Virus record (IMG/VR): IMGVR_UViG_3300031260_000038
Span: 1 to 64,000 of that record
Origin: a virus
Taxonomy: Duplodnaviria; Caudoviricetes
Reading direction: 5' to 3' (one strand)
Length of the DNA: 64,000 bases
Numbering within the stretch: the stretch's first letter is position 1; each line of letters opens with the position of its first letter. This document shows, one piece after another, positions 29,014 through 37,599 of this stretch. Position numbers and translations under genes: made by a program. Below the pieces are notes generated by a model. That model worked only from the letters and a program-made list of their open reading frames with translations, had not been told where the DNA came from and ran no database searches.

Positions 29014-30753
29014 TCACCCCAAACTACGCCTGCGGCTTCGCCCAGTTGCTGAAAGCCGGGGCAAGACATACCAGCCCGAGCCCGCCAACGAGTCGCTGCC
29101 AACCAAGCAACGCAATCCACACCGAGCGCCAACGCTCAGAAGACCGAAAGACCGCCACACCCTTGTACCAGTAACCGGAGAATTTGTATAGATACCATCG
29201 CCAAATCCAGTAGAAGAACCCGCTAATGACTCAACAGGCACAATTACAGATGGATTATTTTCGTCGATTGCTATTTTGCTAATATACTGCCAAGCGTTAT
29301 TTGTTTGTGTCAATTGATAACCAACTAAATCATAATTAGAAGTTATTGAAGTTGCGTAATTATGACAATCGTAACAAGCGTAAACTTCAATTTTGTACGT
29401 TCCGGTATTGTCGTTGTTGATTATCAAGTTTTGAATGACTTCATAACCACCAACCATCACTTCTATGCCGTTGATGATAAAGGGTTCTTTGCCTGATAAA
29501 TTGTTATAAGGCGAACCATCTTGACCGAGCACGTCATCACAGCCGCCGCTGTTCCAAGGCATTGTTGATATTTTAGTTGACAAGGTGGTGTCGAAAACAG
29601 CAGAATCCACATAGACAGCGCTGTTGCCATCGCCTAAATCTTCAATAGATGTTATTTTAACTCTATTTGCCAAGTCGTGAACGCTTGCGTTTGCTCTATC
29701 TGTCGTTGTAGCGTTGCCAACCGAAACAGTCGAACCAACAAGCAAGTAAGCGCCTTCTGCATTTGACACAACAACACGATTAACCCCGGTTTCCGCAACC
29801 CTATTGGAATACTGGGCATAGTAAGCCTGACAACCTTTCATCACATCGTCTGATATTGTTGTTGCGTATTTAAGCCACATCATCAACTGCACGTAAAAAT
29901 CATCGTGAGAAGTTTTGCCGCTATACTGAGCGCCTTTGGCGGCAAACGCTGTAATTTGTCCATTGTGGCTCATATTCACATATTCAGGATAAACACCGCT
30001 GATGGACGCAAGATTGTTACTTTCGTGTACGTTTCTTCCTGCGACATACTTAGCGAACAGCAAATAAGGTCTGATTGTTCCGTCGGGCTTTTCTGCCGGT
30101 TGTAGAATTTTGTAACCCTCGTATGGAAAATCAGTATACGAAACTTCCCAATAAGTGTCCGTAAATGTTACTTTAAAATACCCCGCCATCGCCATGATGT
30201 AGACATCGCCGTTCGTGCCGTCACGCCTGAAATTAGAATCGCCTTTTATTGCTGTAACGTGGTAATCGTCGTTTGCATCTACATGAGCGTTGACTTCAAT
30301 CGACCGAAACAGACCGATGTTTTCGTAGTCGTTTCTGCCTTTGATGGTGTTTGTTGACGGTTCACAGACAAGACCCATGCTATCATCAAGTTTTGTTCCG
30401 AGTGGTGACTGTGACACAGAGAACAGATTGAACCTTACAGTGTAGATTTTCCCTGTGCGTTGTGCATTCCAGAATCCACCTAATCCGATATACTCAGTAC
30501 CATTGAAATAAACATCGTTCACGTTTGACGCAATATCCGCCAATTGTGTATCTAGTTCATCTATTGCATCTTGTGTATTAGTAGCCGTAAGTCCACTTGT
30601 AGTATTATTATATTCTAAATCTATTGCTGACGCTTCTGCATAGCTACCTGTGCCATCACCTTTTAGAACGCCGTTTACGTCTCTCATTGTTTGCAACATC
30701 TCGCCATATTTAGTAGATGCTATCGGCTGACCATTATACATTAAAACAGCCAT
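29014..30753 (-). CDS. DGR1 target: tail/receptor-binding protein with C-terminal variable (CLec-type) domain
   Basis: VR1 lies in the last ~50 codons; PYLLFAKY and GIEVMVGGYE motifs; RBS AAGGAG. Confidence 0.85.
   Translation of the reverse strand: MAVLMYNGQPIASTKYGEMLQTMRDVNGVLKGDGTGSYAEASAIDLEYNNTTSGLTATNTQDAIDELDTQLADIASNVNDVYFNGTEYIGLGGFWNAQRTGKIYTVRFNLFSVSQSPLGTKLDDSMGLVCEPSTNTIKGRNDYENIGLFRSIEVNAHVDANDDYHVTAIKGDSNFRRDGTNGDVYIMAMAGYFKVTFTDTYWEVSYTDFPYEGYKILQPAEKPDGTIRPYLLFAKYVAGRNVHESNNLASISGVYPEYVNMSHNGQITAFAAKGAQYSGKTSHDDFYVQLMMWLKYATTISDDVMKGCQAYYAQYSNRVAETGVNRVVVSNAEGAYLLVGSTVSVGNATTTDRANASVHDLANRVKITSIEDLGDGNSAVYVDSAVFDTTLSTKISTMPWNSGGCDDVLGQDGSPYNNLSGKEPFIINGIEVMVGGYEVIQNLIINNDNTGTYKIEVYACYDCHNYATSITSNYDLVGYQLTQTNNAWQYISKIAIDENNPSVIVPVESLAGSSTGFGDGIYTNSPVTGTRVWRSFGLLSVGARCGLRCLVGSDSLAGSGWYVLPRLSATGRSRRRSLG
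29051..29163 (-). repeat. DGR1 variable repeat (VR1)
   Basis: 25 of 31 TR adenines substituted, no non-A differences. Confidence 0.97.
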
Positions 30754-30777
30754 TTAATCACTCTCCTTAAATTATAC

Positions 30778-30806
30778 TTGACAAATCCCTTATTTTGTGC
30801 TATACT
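30778..30806 (+). promoter_or_regulatory. sigmaA promoter for the recombinase
   Basis: TTGACA-17-TATACT with TG extension, then RBS AAGGAG. Confidence 0.8.
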
Positions 30807-30827
30807 AATTAAAAAAGGAGATTTGTT

Positions 30828-31688
30828 ATGATTGAAAATTTTTGTACTTACCTTTATTCTGTAAAAAACAGGTCACATAGAACGATAACTGAATATCGTT
30901 ATGACCTATTGCGTTTTGAAAAATTTATTGGAAAAGACCTAAAAGATGTAGATAGCGGCGACATTATTTCTTATCTAAAAAAGATGTCAGACGAAAAGAA
31001 GTCTAGTGCCTGTAGAGCTAGAAAACTAAGCTCTATTAAATCGTTCTACCGCTATCTACAAATGTTTGGTCATGTTACGGTCAGCCCCGCCGTAAACATT
31101 GGTACGCCCAAAATTGAAAAGAGATTGCCTAAATATTTATCCCTAGTCGAAGCTGTTAGGCTTGTTGATGTAGCCAAGCAAAACAAAGTTGAGTTTTACA
31201 GACTAAGAGATACCTGTATGATACAAATGTTTCTTAACTGTGGTTTGCGTCTATCTGAACTTGTTGAACTGCAACTGACAAGAATTAGCGGTGATAAAAT
31301 AGAAGTTATTGGAAAAGGCAATAAACAAAGATTTATTTATATGAACAATGCTTGTCAAAAAGCTCTTTCAGAGTGGCTTAATTACCGACAAGAATATTCC
31401 TGTGACTATGTTTTTAGCACGAAAAGAGATAACAAAATATCCAAAACAGCTGTTCAGTCAGTTATAAAGAATTATTTCAGAAAAGCTGGTCTTGACACAA
31501 CTAAATACCATGTTCACAGCCTACGACATACGTCTGCCACACTAATGTATCAGTATGGCAAAACAGACGTGCGTGTGCTACAACAATTTTTAGGACACTC
31601 TACGATAGAATCAACCATGATATATACTCACGTTAATGACAACCAATTAAGGTCTGCTGTTATTAACAATCCACTGGCTAACCTATAG
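30828..31688 (+). CDS. XerC-like tyrosine recombinase (opposite strand to the tail module)
   Basis: NCGLRLSEL, GKGNK, HSLRH, LGHS, TMIY. Confidence 0.93.
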   Translation: MIENFCTYLYSVKNRSHRTITEYRYDLLRFEKFIGKDLKDVDSGDIISYLKKMSDEKKSSACRARKLSSIKSFYRYLQMFGHVTVSPAVNIGTPKIEKRLPKYLSLVEAVRLVDVAKQNKVEFYRLRDTCMIQMFLNCGLRLSELVELQLTRISGDKIEVIGKGNKQRFIYMNNACQKALSEWLNYRQEYSCDYVFSTKRDNKISKTAVQSVIKNYFRKAGLDTTKYHVHSLRHTSATLMYQYGKTDVRVLQQFLGHSTIESTMIYTHVNDNQLRSAVINNPLANL

Positions 31689-31706
31689 GCGAAATCTTAA
31701 TTTGGT

Positions 31707-31808
31707 TCAATCTGAGTAATTAATTCCCGTGATAGACTTGTATTCTTCTTTTGTAATACGCTTCATTTTGACTAAAAATTTATACAACCTTATTTCAGCA
31801 TCGCTCAC
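31707..31808 (-). CDS. XkdX-like small protein (33 aa, not in ORF track)
   Basis: GTG start overlapping the upstream TGA; ...KRITKEEYKSITGINY motif. Confidence 0.7.
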   Translation of the reverse strand: MSDAEIRLYKFLVKMKRITKEEYKSITGINYSD

Positions 31809-32113
31809 TTAGCACCCCCTCCTGACAACAAAACTATTTCTGTTAAATCTGCCAACAATTGGTTTAACTGTTCATTCTCAATTTCTTCTTGCGTTTTTTG
31901 CCTCAATACTATCCATGATTTTCCGTCACGAATAATATTGGACAGCAGTTTCATGTCTTGATATGTTTCTATTTTTTCTCCGTCTGATATTTCTACCAAG
32001 GACAAGTTATTTTCAAAAATTGAATCTTCAATAACTTGTCTGGCAATATAATTGTTTCCGTTTAATTCAAGGTTTTCTATAATTGTTCCGTCTGCCAATT
32101 TTATGTGGTACAT
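31805..32113 (-). CDS. tail-fibre assembly/chaperone-like protein after DGR2 RT
   Basis: MYHIKLADGT..ENLELNGNNYI... with C-terminal LLADL coiled coil; same position as in DGR1. Confidence 0.6.
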   Translation of the reverse strand: MYHIKLADGTIIENLELNGNNYIARQVIEDSIFENNLSLVEISDGEKIETYQDMKLLSNIIRDGKSWIVLRQKTQEEIENEQLNQLLADLTEIVLLSGGGAK

Positions 32114-33288
32114 TGATTGACCCCCTTTAATTCGTTATATAAATTATTCATATTTGTTCGTTGCTGTCTGCTCATTAGTTTGTAGTGATTGTTGAACCAC
32201 GATGTAAACAAACACTCAAAATCTTTTTTGTCTAAAACAGGAGCAAGTTTTTTCATTTTTCTCCGCATTGCTGTTAGTCTTTTGGGATTTATTTTCTTTA
32301 TAATTCGACCTGTTTCTGTTAGCGAATATTGTATTTGCAAAAATCTCCAACAACTTGATAACTTGCAAATTCTTGTCTTTTTAGTGTTTATTGTGATTCC
32401 TATTTTTGTAGATTCCTCGACTATTTCTTTTAGCAGTGATTCTAAATAATTTTTATCTTGGTGAATTACATAACTGTCGTCCATGTACCTGCCGTATAGC
32501 TTTACGCCCTTAACAATTTTTATATAGTTGTCTAAGTCTTTAGGATAAGCTATGCCAGCAACCTGAGCTACTTGGTCGCCTATATTAAGATGCTTGTCCA
32601 TTATTTTGCCGCCAACACATAACGCTTTATCTATATTTTGATATTCTAAAGAGTTAAATAATTCTTGCATGCATACGGAATATTGTTCGTCACTCATATA
32701 GGAAACATCTACCCGAGACTTTTCAATAGCTTTTTCAAGAACCCATAAAGCGTCATTTTTAATTCCTATTTCTTCAAATATTTTTAGAAAATAATCGTGT
32801 CTTATATTGTCAAAGTATTTGCTGAAATCTATTAACAATATATATCCATCGTTGCTACCGTGCTTAGAGTAAAATCGTCTTAAATGTCTTTCAAACCTAT
32901 CCCTTGTAAAGCCAATACCCTTACCTTCTAAACTTGCTCCGTTATCATGTATAAGGTATTTTTTTATTACAGGAATCAACTCTTCTGTGCATAGACAACT
33001 TTTAACCACCCTGTCTCTTATGTGCTCTCCTGTTATTAATCTTGTTTTCCCTCTTTCTTTTAATATAAATTCTGAACCATCAGACAATTCAAACGTTCGA
33101 TTCTTTATAGATTTATAAGTTTCTGATATTTCTGGCAAAAACCTCATTTCATATTTTTGAACAGAGGCTTTCCAATCACTATTCTTCTTGGTCTTTTTAT
33201 AAGCTTTATAAAGATTATTAGAATTAAATGTTTCATGCTCACAGCTACAATTCTCGTAAGAAGTAGCGTCATGTTTAGTATTTACCAT
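32101..33288 (-). CDS. DGR reverse transcriptase 2
   Basis: RDRVV, GKG, LIDFSKYFDNI, IGDQVAQ, GRYMDD, FLQ. Confidence 0.95.
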   Translation of the reverse strand: MVNTKHDATSYENCSCEHETFNSNNLYKAYKKTKKNSDWKASVQKYEMRFLPEISETYKSIKNRTFELSDGSEFILKERGKTRLITGEHIRDRVVKSCLCTEELIPVIKKYLIHDNGASLEGKGIGFTRDRFERHLRRFYSKHGSNDGYILLIDFSKYFDNIRHDYFLKIFEEIGIKNDALWVLEKAIEKSRVDVSYMSDEQYSVCMQELFNSLEYQNIDKALCVGGKIMDKHLNIGDQVAQVAGIAYPKDLDNYIKIVKGVKLYGRYMDDSYVIHQDKNYLESLLKEIVEESTKIGITINTKKTRICKLSSCWRFLQIQYSLTETGRIIKKINPKRLTAMRRKMKKLAPVLDKKDFECLFTSWFNNHYKLMSRQQRTNMNNLYNELKGVNQCTT

Positions 33289-33349
33289 ACGGAAGGATAT
33301 TTTCTCCTTTCTTTAATGCAAATCGGTCAAATGCCTTTTTAATTGCAAA

Positions 33350-33440
33350 ATTGAAATCGGGACGCGCGCCAAGAGAGTAAGAAGCGTTGTTGTTGTTGGC
33401 ATTACCGTTGTTGTTGACATTGGCAAAGTTCGTCGATGAT
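33350..33440 (-). repeat. DGR2 template repeat (TR2)
   Basis: 91-nt ungapped match to 34061-34151; 16 mismatches at TR adenines plus 4 at non-A positions; translates NFANVNNNGNANNNNAS. Confidence 0.93.
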
Positions 33441-33460
33441 ATTAGAAAATACCCCATGGA

Positions 33461-33994
33461 TTAGTTGTTAAAATTTTTAGCAAACTTGTTGTCAGACTTT
33501 CTCCATCCTTTTATCAAAGATATCTCTTTTTCTATTCCATCTGAAAAACGTAAGTACTTATCAATATCAACTGGTAGCGTTTCAATTGCATATTGAAGCT
33601 CTTGTAGTAATCTGTTGCATTGACCTATCGCCCTATCCTGATGTATTCGCCTTTCAATCAATTCTTCTTTATAGTGAGGATAAATGCTGTTGGCTACAAA
33701 AATGTGTTCCTGAACACTTCTAAGACAGTCCATAACTGAATCTCTCTGGTCTATGATAAACCATTCTTCAAACGAGTTTGTCTTTTCCTTCCTATCATCG
33801 TAATGCTTCTTTTCCGCATCGTTTAATTCATGATATGGTCGTTTCCCAAATGTTTTTGCTAAATATTCTTCTGACTTCTTACTACTGTAGCCAAAATCTC
33901 TCAAAAGCAAGTCTGTTATCTCTTTTCTGACTTTATAAAAATGATGAAACACCTCAAATTGAGATTCTTTTCTTTTTCGTTTTACGACTGACAC
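33461..33994 (-). CDS. avd: DGR accessory variability determinant (Avd-like four-helix protein)
   Basis: Position between VR2 and TR2; MSVVKRKRKESQFE start, ANSIYP...RR..Q..AI, EI.LIKGWRKSD. Confidence 0.85.
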   Translation of the reverse strand: MSVVKRKRKESQFEVFHHFYKVRKEITDLLLRDFGYSSKKSEEYLAKTFGKRPYHELNDAEKKHYDDRKEKTNSFEEWFIIDQRDSVMDCLRSVQEHIFVANSIYPHYKEELIERRIHQDRAIGQCNRLLQELQYAIETLPVDIDKYLRFSDGIEKEISLIKGWRKSDNKFAKNFNN

Positions 33995-34031
33995 TTAATT
34001 TCTCCTTTTGTAAAATGTTTTAATTATCTAC

Positions 34032-34046
34032 GCCCCATAAAGGGGC
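34032..34046. promoter_or_regulatory. DGR2 post-IMH hairpin
   Basis: GCCCC-ataaa-GGGGC starting a few bases after the target-gene stop. Confidence 0.6.
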
Positions 34047-34051
34047 TTGAT

Positions 34052-35590
34052 TTAAGAAATACAGAAAGCGGGACGCACGCCATAAGAGAGAGAAGCGCCG
34101 TAGTTGCCGGCAAGACCGTCGTTGGTGACATAGGCAAAGGTCGCCGATGATGAAACATCTCTCAACCAATAGGATTGCCTCGTATTCACGGATTGTGGGT
34201 TTGATGCAAATAGTGGGAATTGCGATTTATCCACATATACATTATTCGCCAAGCTAGTCCCTTGCGTTGCGTTGCCATAATGCTTAGTGCCATATACATT
34301 AGCTTCAGTCATCAGTTCTACCGTTGAGTCATACCACGATCCACCACTTGTATACCCACTGGTTACCGCATTATGTAAATAGTTTCTATGACTTACCACA
34401 TGACCGCTAAAGGCGTTATTTATGGTGGTTTTTGCACTATTTAACCCAGATACATACATTTTGCTGCCAACATAAGCACCTGTTGTAATGTTAGTGTCAT
34501 TCATCACATGATTATACAGTGCTGTGTCTGGCACTATTACAGCGTGATTAGCGGTAAGCGCTGTATCGCCTGTATTGTGGTAATAATTGAAACAAGCTAT
34601 TCTGTAATTAATTCCACCGATAGTCCAATAGTCGCCAACATATAGGTCGTCAAATGTGCCGCTTGAAATGGCATTGTATTGCTCTGTTGTGACAGCCGAA
34701 CCTAAATATTTACCCCTGAATATAGAGTTGTGAAACCCTGCGCCACTTGAAATTGGTAGAACCAAATTAAGATTAGTGTCTAATTTATCAATTGAACTGG
34801 TAACAGTTTCACCATCTGTTACATAATTATTTTCTGTATAAAGCCTGTCACCAACATTGTCATTTGTGTCTTTTAATTCCATATCTAACTTGTCTATGCT
34901 TGCAGTTAAAGCTTCACCATCTGTTACATAATTTTCTTCAGTATAAAGCTGAGAACCTTTATCTTCACCTATTTCTTGTAAAGCATCTTCAACAGTGTTG
35001 CCGCTATAATATCCGCCGCCATCTGTTATACTTATTGTGTTAGCGTTGTTTATTAAAAGGTCTCCTTCTACATCTGTTATAATATATACTTGGTCTGATT
35101 CAATTTTACCCTGTGCATCAAGAGCATCATATTCAGCCTGAGTTAAATATATGGCTGTAATTTTATACCAACTGCTATCTGGTGGCCCTGCTTCACCGCC
35201 ACGCATTACATCAAATTTAATTTCACCGCTACTTATTCTTTCGTCTGCATCAGTAATTGTTATTTTTATTGTTACTTTACCTATAAAAGCAAACACAGCA
35301 GGATTTATTTGTAAAACTATTTCTCCATCAACTATATTTACATCATTACCAAAACTTTGGGTATATACAGGTTCACATTGATTCTCAATATAATAATGAA
35401 CATCAATTGTTTCTGTTGTAAGTGTTAATTTAGCGCCATTTTTTTGTACTTCAATATAAAAAATATTGCCATATAAATCACCACGACTAAAAAAAGGAAC
35501 AACATATTTATATGTTTGATTATTATATGGAGCTATAATATGTTTACCTGTATATAAATCAAGCCAAACTTTGTATTCTTTTTTAGCCAT
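34052..35590 (-). CDS. DGR2 target: BppU-like baseplate/fibre protein with C-terminal variable domain
   Basis: N-terminal BppU-like segment, TQAEYDAL fibre motif, IFRGKYLG...GDYW domain, ends YWLRD...GVRPAF (VR2). Confidence 0.85.
   Translation of the reverse strand: MAKKEYKVWLDLYTGKHIIAPYNNQTYKYVVPFFSRGDLYGNIFYIEVQKNGAKLTLTTETIDVHYYIENQCEPVYTQSFGNDVNIVDGEIVLQINPAVFAFIGKVTIKITITDADERISSGEIKFDVMRGGEAGPPDSSWYKITAIYLTQAEYDALDAQGKIESDQVYIITDVEGDLLINNANTISITDGGGYYSGNTVEDALQEIGEDKGSQLYTEENYVTDGEALTASIDKLDMELKDTNDNVGDRLYTENNYVTDGETVTSSIDKLDTNLNLVLPISSGAGFHNSIFRGKYLGSAVTTEQYNAISSGTFDDLYVGDYWTIGGINYRIACFNYYHNTGDTALTANHAVIVPDTALYNHVMNDTNITTGAYVGSKMYVSGLNSAKTTINNAFSGHVVSHRNYLHNAVTSGYTSGGSWYDSTVELMTEANVYGTKHYGNATQGTSLANNVYVDKSQFPLFASNPQSVNTRQSYWLRDVSSSATFAYVTNDGLAGNYGASLSYGVRPAFCIS
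34061..34151 (-). repeat. DGR2 variable repeat (VR2)
   Basis: Aligns to TR2; encodes the last ~30 residues of the target. Confidence 0.93.
34781..34948 (-). repeat. internal 105-nt (35-aa) period duplication in the DGR2 target
   Basis: LYTEENYVTDGEALTASIDKLD / LYTENNYVTDGETVTSSIDKLD. Confidence 0.8.
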
Positions 35591-35593
35591 GAA

Positions 35594-35968
35594 TTATCTA
35601 CCTACTTTCATTTTTATTTCTGTAGAACTAAAAGCTTGTTCGTTAATTTCATTATGAATAAAAACTTTAATATAATAACTACCAATTTTAGCCGTAGTTA
35701 AATCTATTATTGCTTCAAAATTTGTATCTAAATCAAATATATATATTGGAGATTCTTCATCTTCATAATATAAATGTAATTTGCCTATATCATTAATATC
35801 ATAGAGATGGTCAACACCTTCTATATCAACCATCTCTATTTTTATCATTATAAAATCTCCAACATAGGCAAATATTTCATTATTGATTATATTTAACTCT
35901 TCATCTAAAATTATATTTTTGTTTTCATAAATATAAGGCTTTATAATATATTTTTTTATATTTGCCAT
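35594..35968 (-). CDS. hypothetical tail/baseplate protein
   Basis: In the tail operon; beta-rich sequence. Confidence 0.5.
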   Translation of the reverse strand: MANIKKYIIKPYIYENKNIILDEELNIINNEIFAYVGDFIMIKIEMVDIEGVDHLYDINDIGKLHLYYEDEESPIYIFDLDTNFEAIIDLTTAKIGSYYIKVFIHNEINEQAFSSTEIKMKVGR

Positions 35969-35980
35969 GTATTATCACCC

Positions 35981-36373
35981 TTACTTTATTTCCTTTACTG
36001 CTTTTTCTATCTGTGCAACTATAAGTGCGTTTAATGCACCTGTAGCTGTTTCAATAACATTCATGCCACTTTCAGACATAATTTCTTTTGTCCTTTCAAA
36101 AGATTTATCAAAAGCAATTTTAGCATCTTCTTTTGTAAAAGTATTGTCAGATTTTAGTGCCGCAACAAATGTTTGTTGTGTTTCGGCTACAGCGGTCATA
36201 ACCGCCTGTTCAAGCTCTGATTTTGCTTCTTTAAAAGCATCTTGTATTGTTTTGTTCTTTATTTGTTCTATTTTAGCATCTGCTAAACTGGTCAGGGTTT
36301 TTACACCCCAAGCCAGTAGCGGAACTATAACAGATGTTATTATTATCATAATAATTTCATTTATATCTAACAT
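35981..36373 (-). CDS. holin (LL-H-like)
   Basis: N-terminal TM segment, AV..V.Q..V, IEKAVKE; next to the endolysin. Confidence 0.7.
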   Translation of the reverse strand: MLDINEIIMIIITSVIVPLLAWGVKTLTSLADAKIEQIKNKTIQDAFKEAKSELEQAVMTAVAETQQTFVAALKSDNTFTKEDAKIAFDKSFERTKEIMSESGMNVIETATGALNALIVAQIEKAVKEIK

Positions 36374-36402
36374 TTTTTTATTCTCCTTTTATACATTGTT
36401 AA

Positions 36403-37599
36403 TTATTTATCAAATTTAATAAGAGTAGTTATTGTTTTAGGGCCTGTAATACCATCAACTTTGAGACCATTCCGATATTGGAACGACATTACAACTTTTT
36501 CTGTAAGCGGCCCATAAGAACCATCAACACCATATGGCGAAAGATTATACCCCGCTCTAATCAATACTGTCTGAATCCATTTAACACCATTGCCACGACT
36601 GCCACGTTTAAAAACAGAACTGGTAGAAGGTCTTGTATATGGATTTTTCCACGGCTTAACAGGGTTTTTAGCCATAGCCAAAGATGCAGGACCAAATATA
36701 CCATCAATTACCAGTTTATAATCCTTTTGGAAAGATTTTACCGCTGATTCTGTGGCAGGACCAAATGAACCATCGTCTACAAGGGCGTAGCCGAGCTGTG
36801 ATAGCTTTTGCTGTACCCACTTAACATCATTACCCTTGTCTCCACGCCTAAGCGCCTTAGTAGGCTCTACGGGCGATTTAGATGGTGTTACAGGCTGTTG
36901 CGAGCCAGAAGACGTTTTAAATTTTATAATTTGACCGACATTAATTTCTTCTGGATTTTTTATCCCATTAAACTCTGCAAGCTCCTTATATTTAGAACCA
37001 TCACCGAGATATTTTTCAGCTATAGCCCAAAGACTATCTCCCGCTTTAACAACATAGCTGTCAGTATCAATAATTTCTGTTTCTTTTGTATAATCAATAT
37101 AAGGACATTCACCCCAATTTTTCCAACCACGCTCTTTAAGCTTTGTTTTTACAACGCCATAATCAACGCCACGTGCTTCAATAACTTCACCGTTACCAAT
37201 ATAAACGCCTACATGACCCTTTGAAAAAACAAGAATGCCTTCTATATCTGGCATAGTATCTATATTGCCATTAACTTTTGTACGCCCATACATACCGTCA
37301 GCACTTACATCTGTATCTCTATCATATTTAGGGTTTTTATCATCACCTTGCCACCAAAGAAAGCCTTTAATAAGACCAATACAATCAGCACCACGCTTAC
37401 CTACAGCATCACCATCTCCATCAAGTCTACCACGATATGTTTTTGCTTTATATGCCGCTGTATATTGTTTGGGAAATCTTCCTGCCGCCGACTCAATACT
37501 TGCCGCTGTTACAATCTGTCCGTAATGTGCGTAAGTATAATTCCATTTTTCTGCTAAAGCCTTTTTTGCAAATGCTACTAATTCTTTGTTTGTTTTCAT
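36403..37599 (-). CDS. endolysin: NlpC/P60-type catalytic domain + LysM + two PG-binding domains
   Basis: DCIGLIKG, GHVGVYIG, YVVKAGDSLWAIA, two DG.FGP.T repeats. Confidence 0.9.
   Translation of the reverse strand: MKTNKELVAFAKKALAEKWNYTYAHYGQIVTAASIESAAGRFPKQYTAAYKAKTYRGRLDGDGDAVGKRGADCIGLIKGFLWWQGDDKNPKYDRDTDVSADGMYGRTKVNGNIDTMPDIEGILVFSKGHVGVYIGNGEVIEARGVDYGVVKTKLKERGWKNWGECPYIDYTKETEIIDTDSYVVKAGDSLWAIAEKYLGDGSKYKELAEFNGIKNPEEINVGQIIKFKTSSGSQQPVTPSKSPVEPTKALRRGDKGNDVKWVQQKLSQLGYALVDDGSFGPATESAVKSFQKDYKLVIDGIFGPASLAMAKNPVKPWKNPYTRPSTSSVFKRGSRGNGVKWIQTVLIRAGYNLSPYGVDGSYGPLTEKVVMSFQYRNGLKVDGITGPKTITTLIKFDK

Noticed and set aside
28929-29191. + strand ORFs over TR1/VR1
   Set aside because: Antisense shadows of the GC-rich repeats with no RBS or recognisable motifs.
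27168-31695. Inverted 7-mer GCGAAAT at both cassette junctions as possible inversion sites
   Set aside because: A 7-bp match between windows of this size is easily expected by chance, and there is no arm-spacer-arm structure.
33275-33457. 60-aa Asn-rich ORF listed between avd and RT2
   Set aside because: It is the template repeat read in frame (AAY codons); TRs function as RNA and translation is unsupported.
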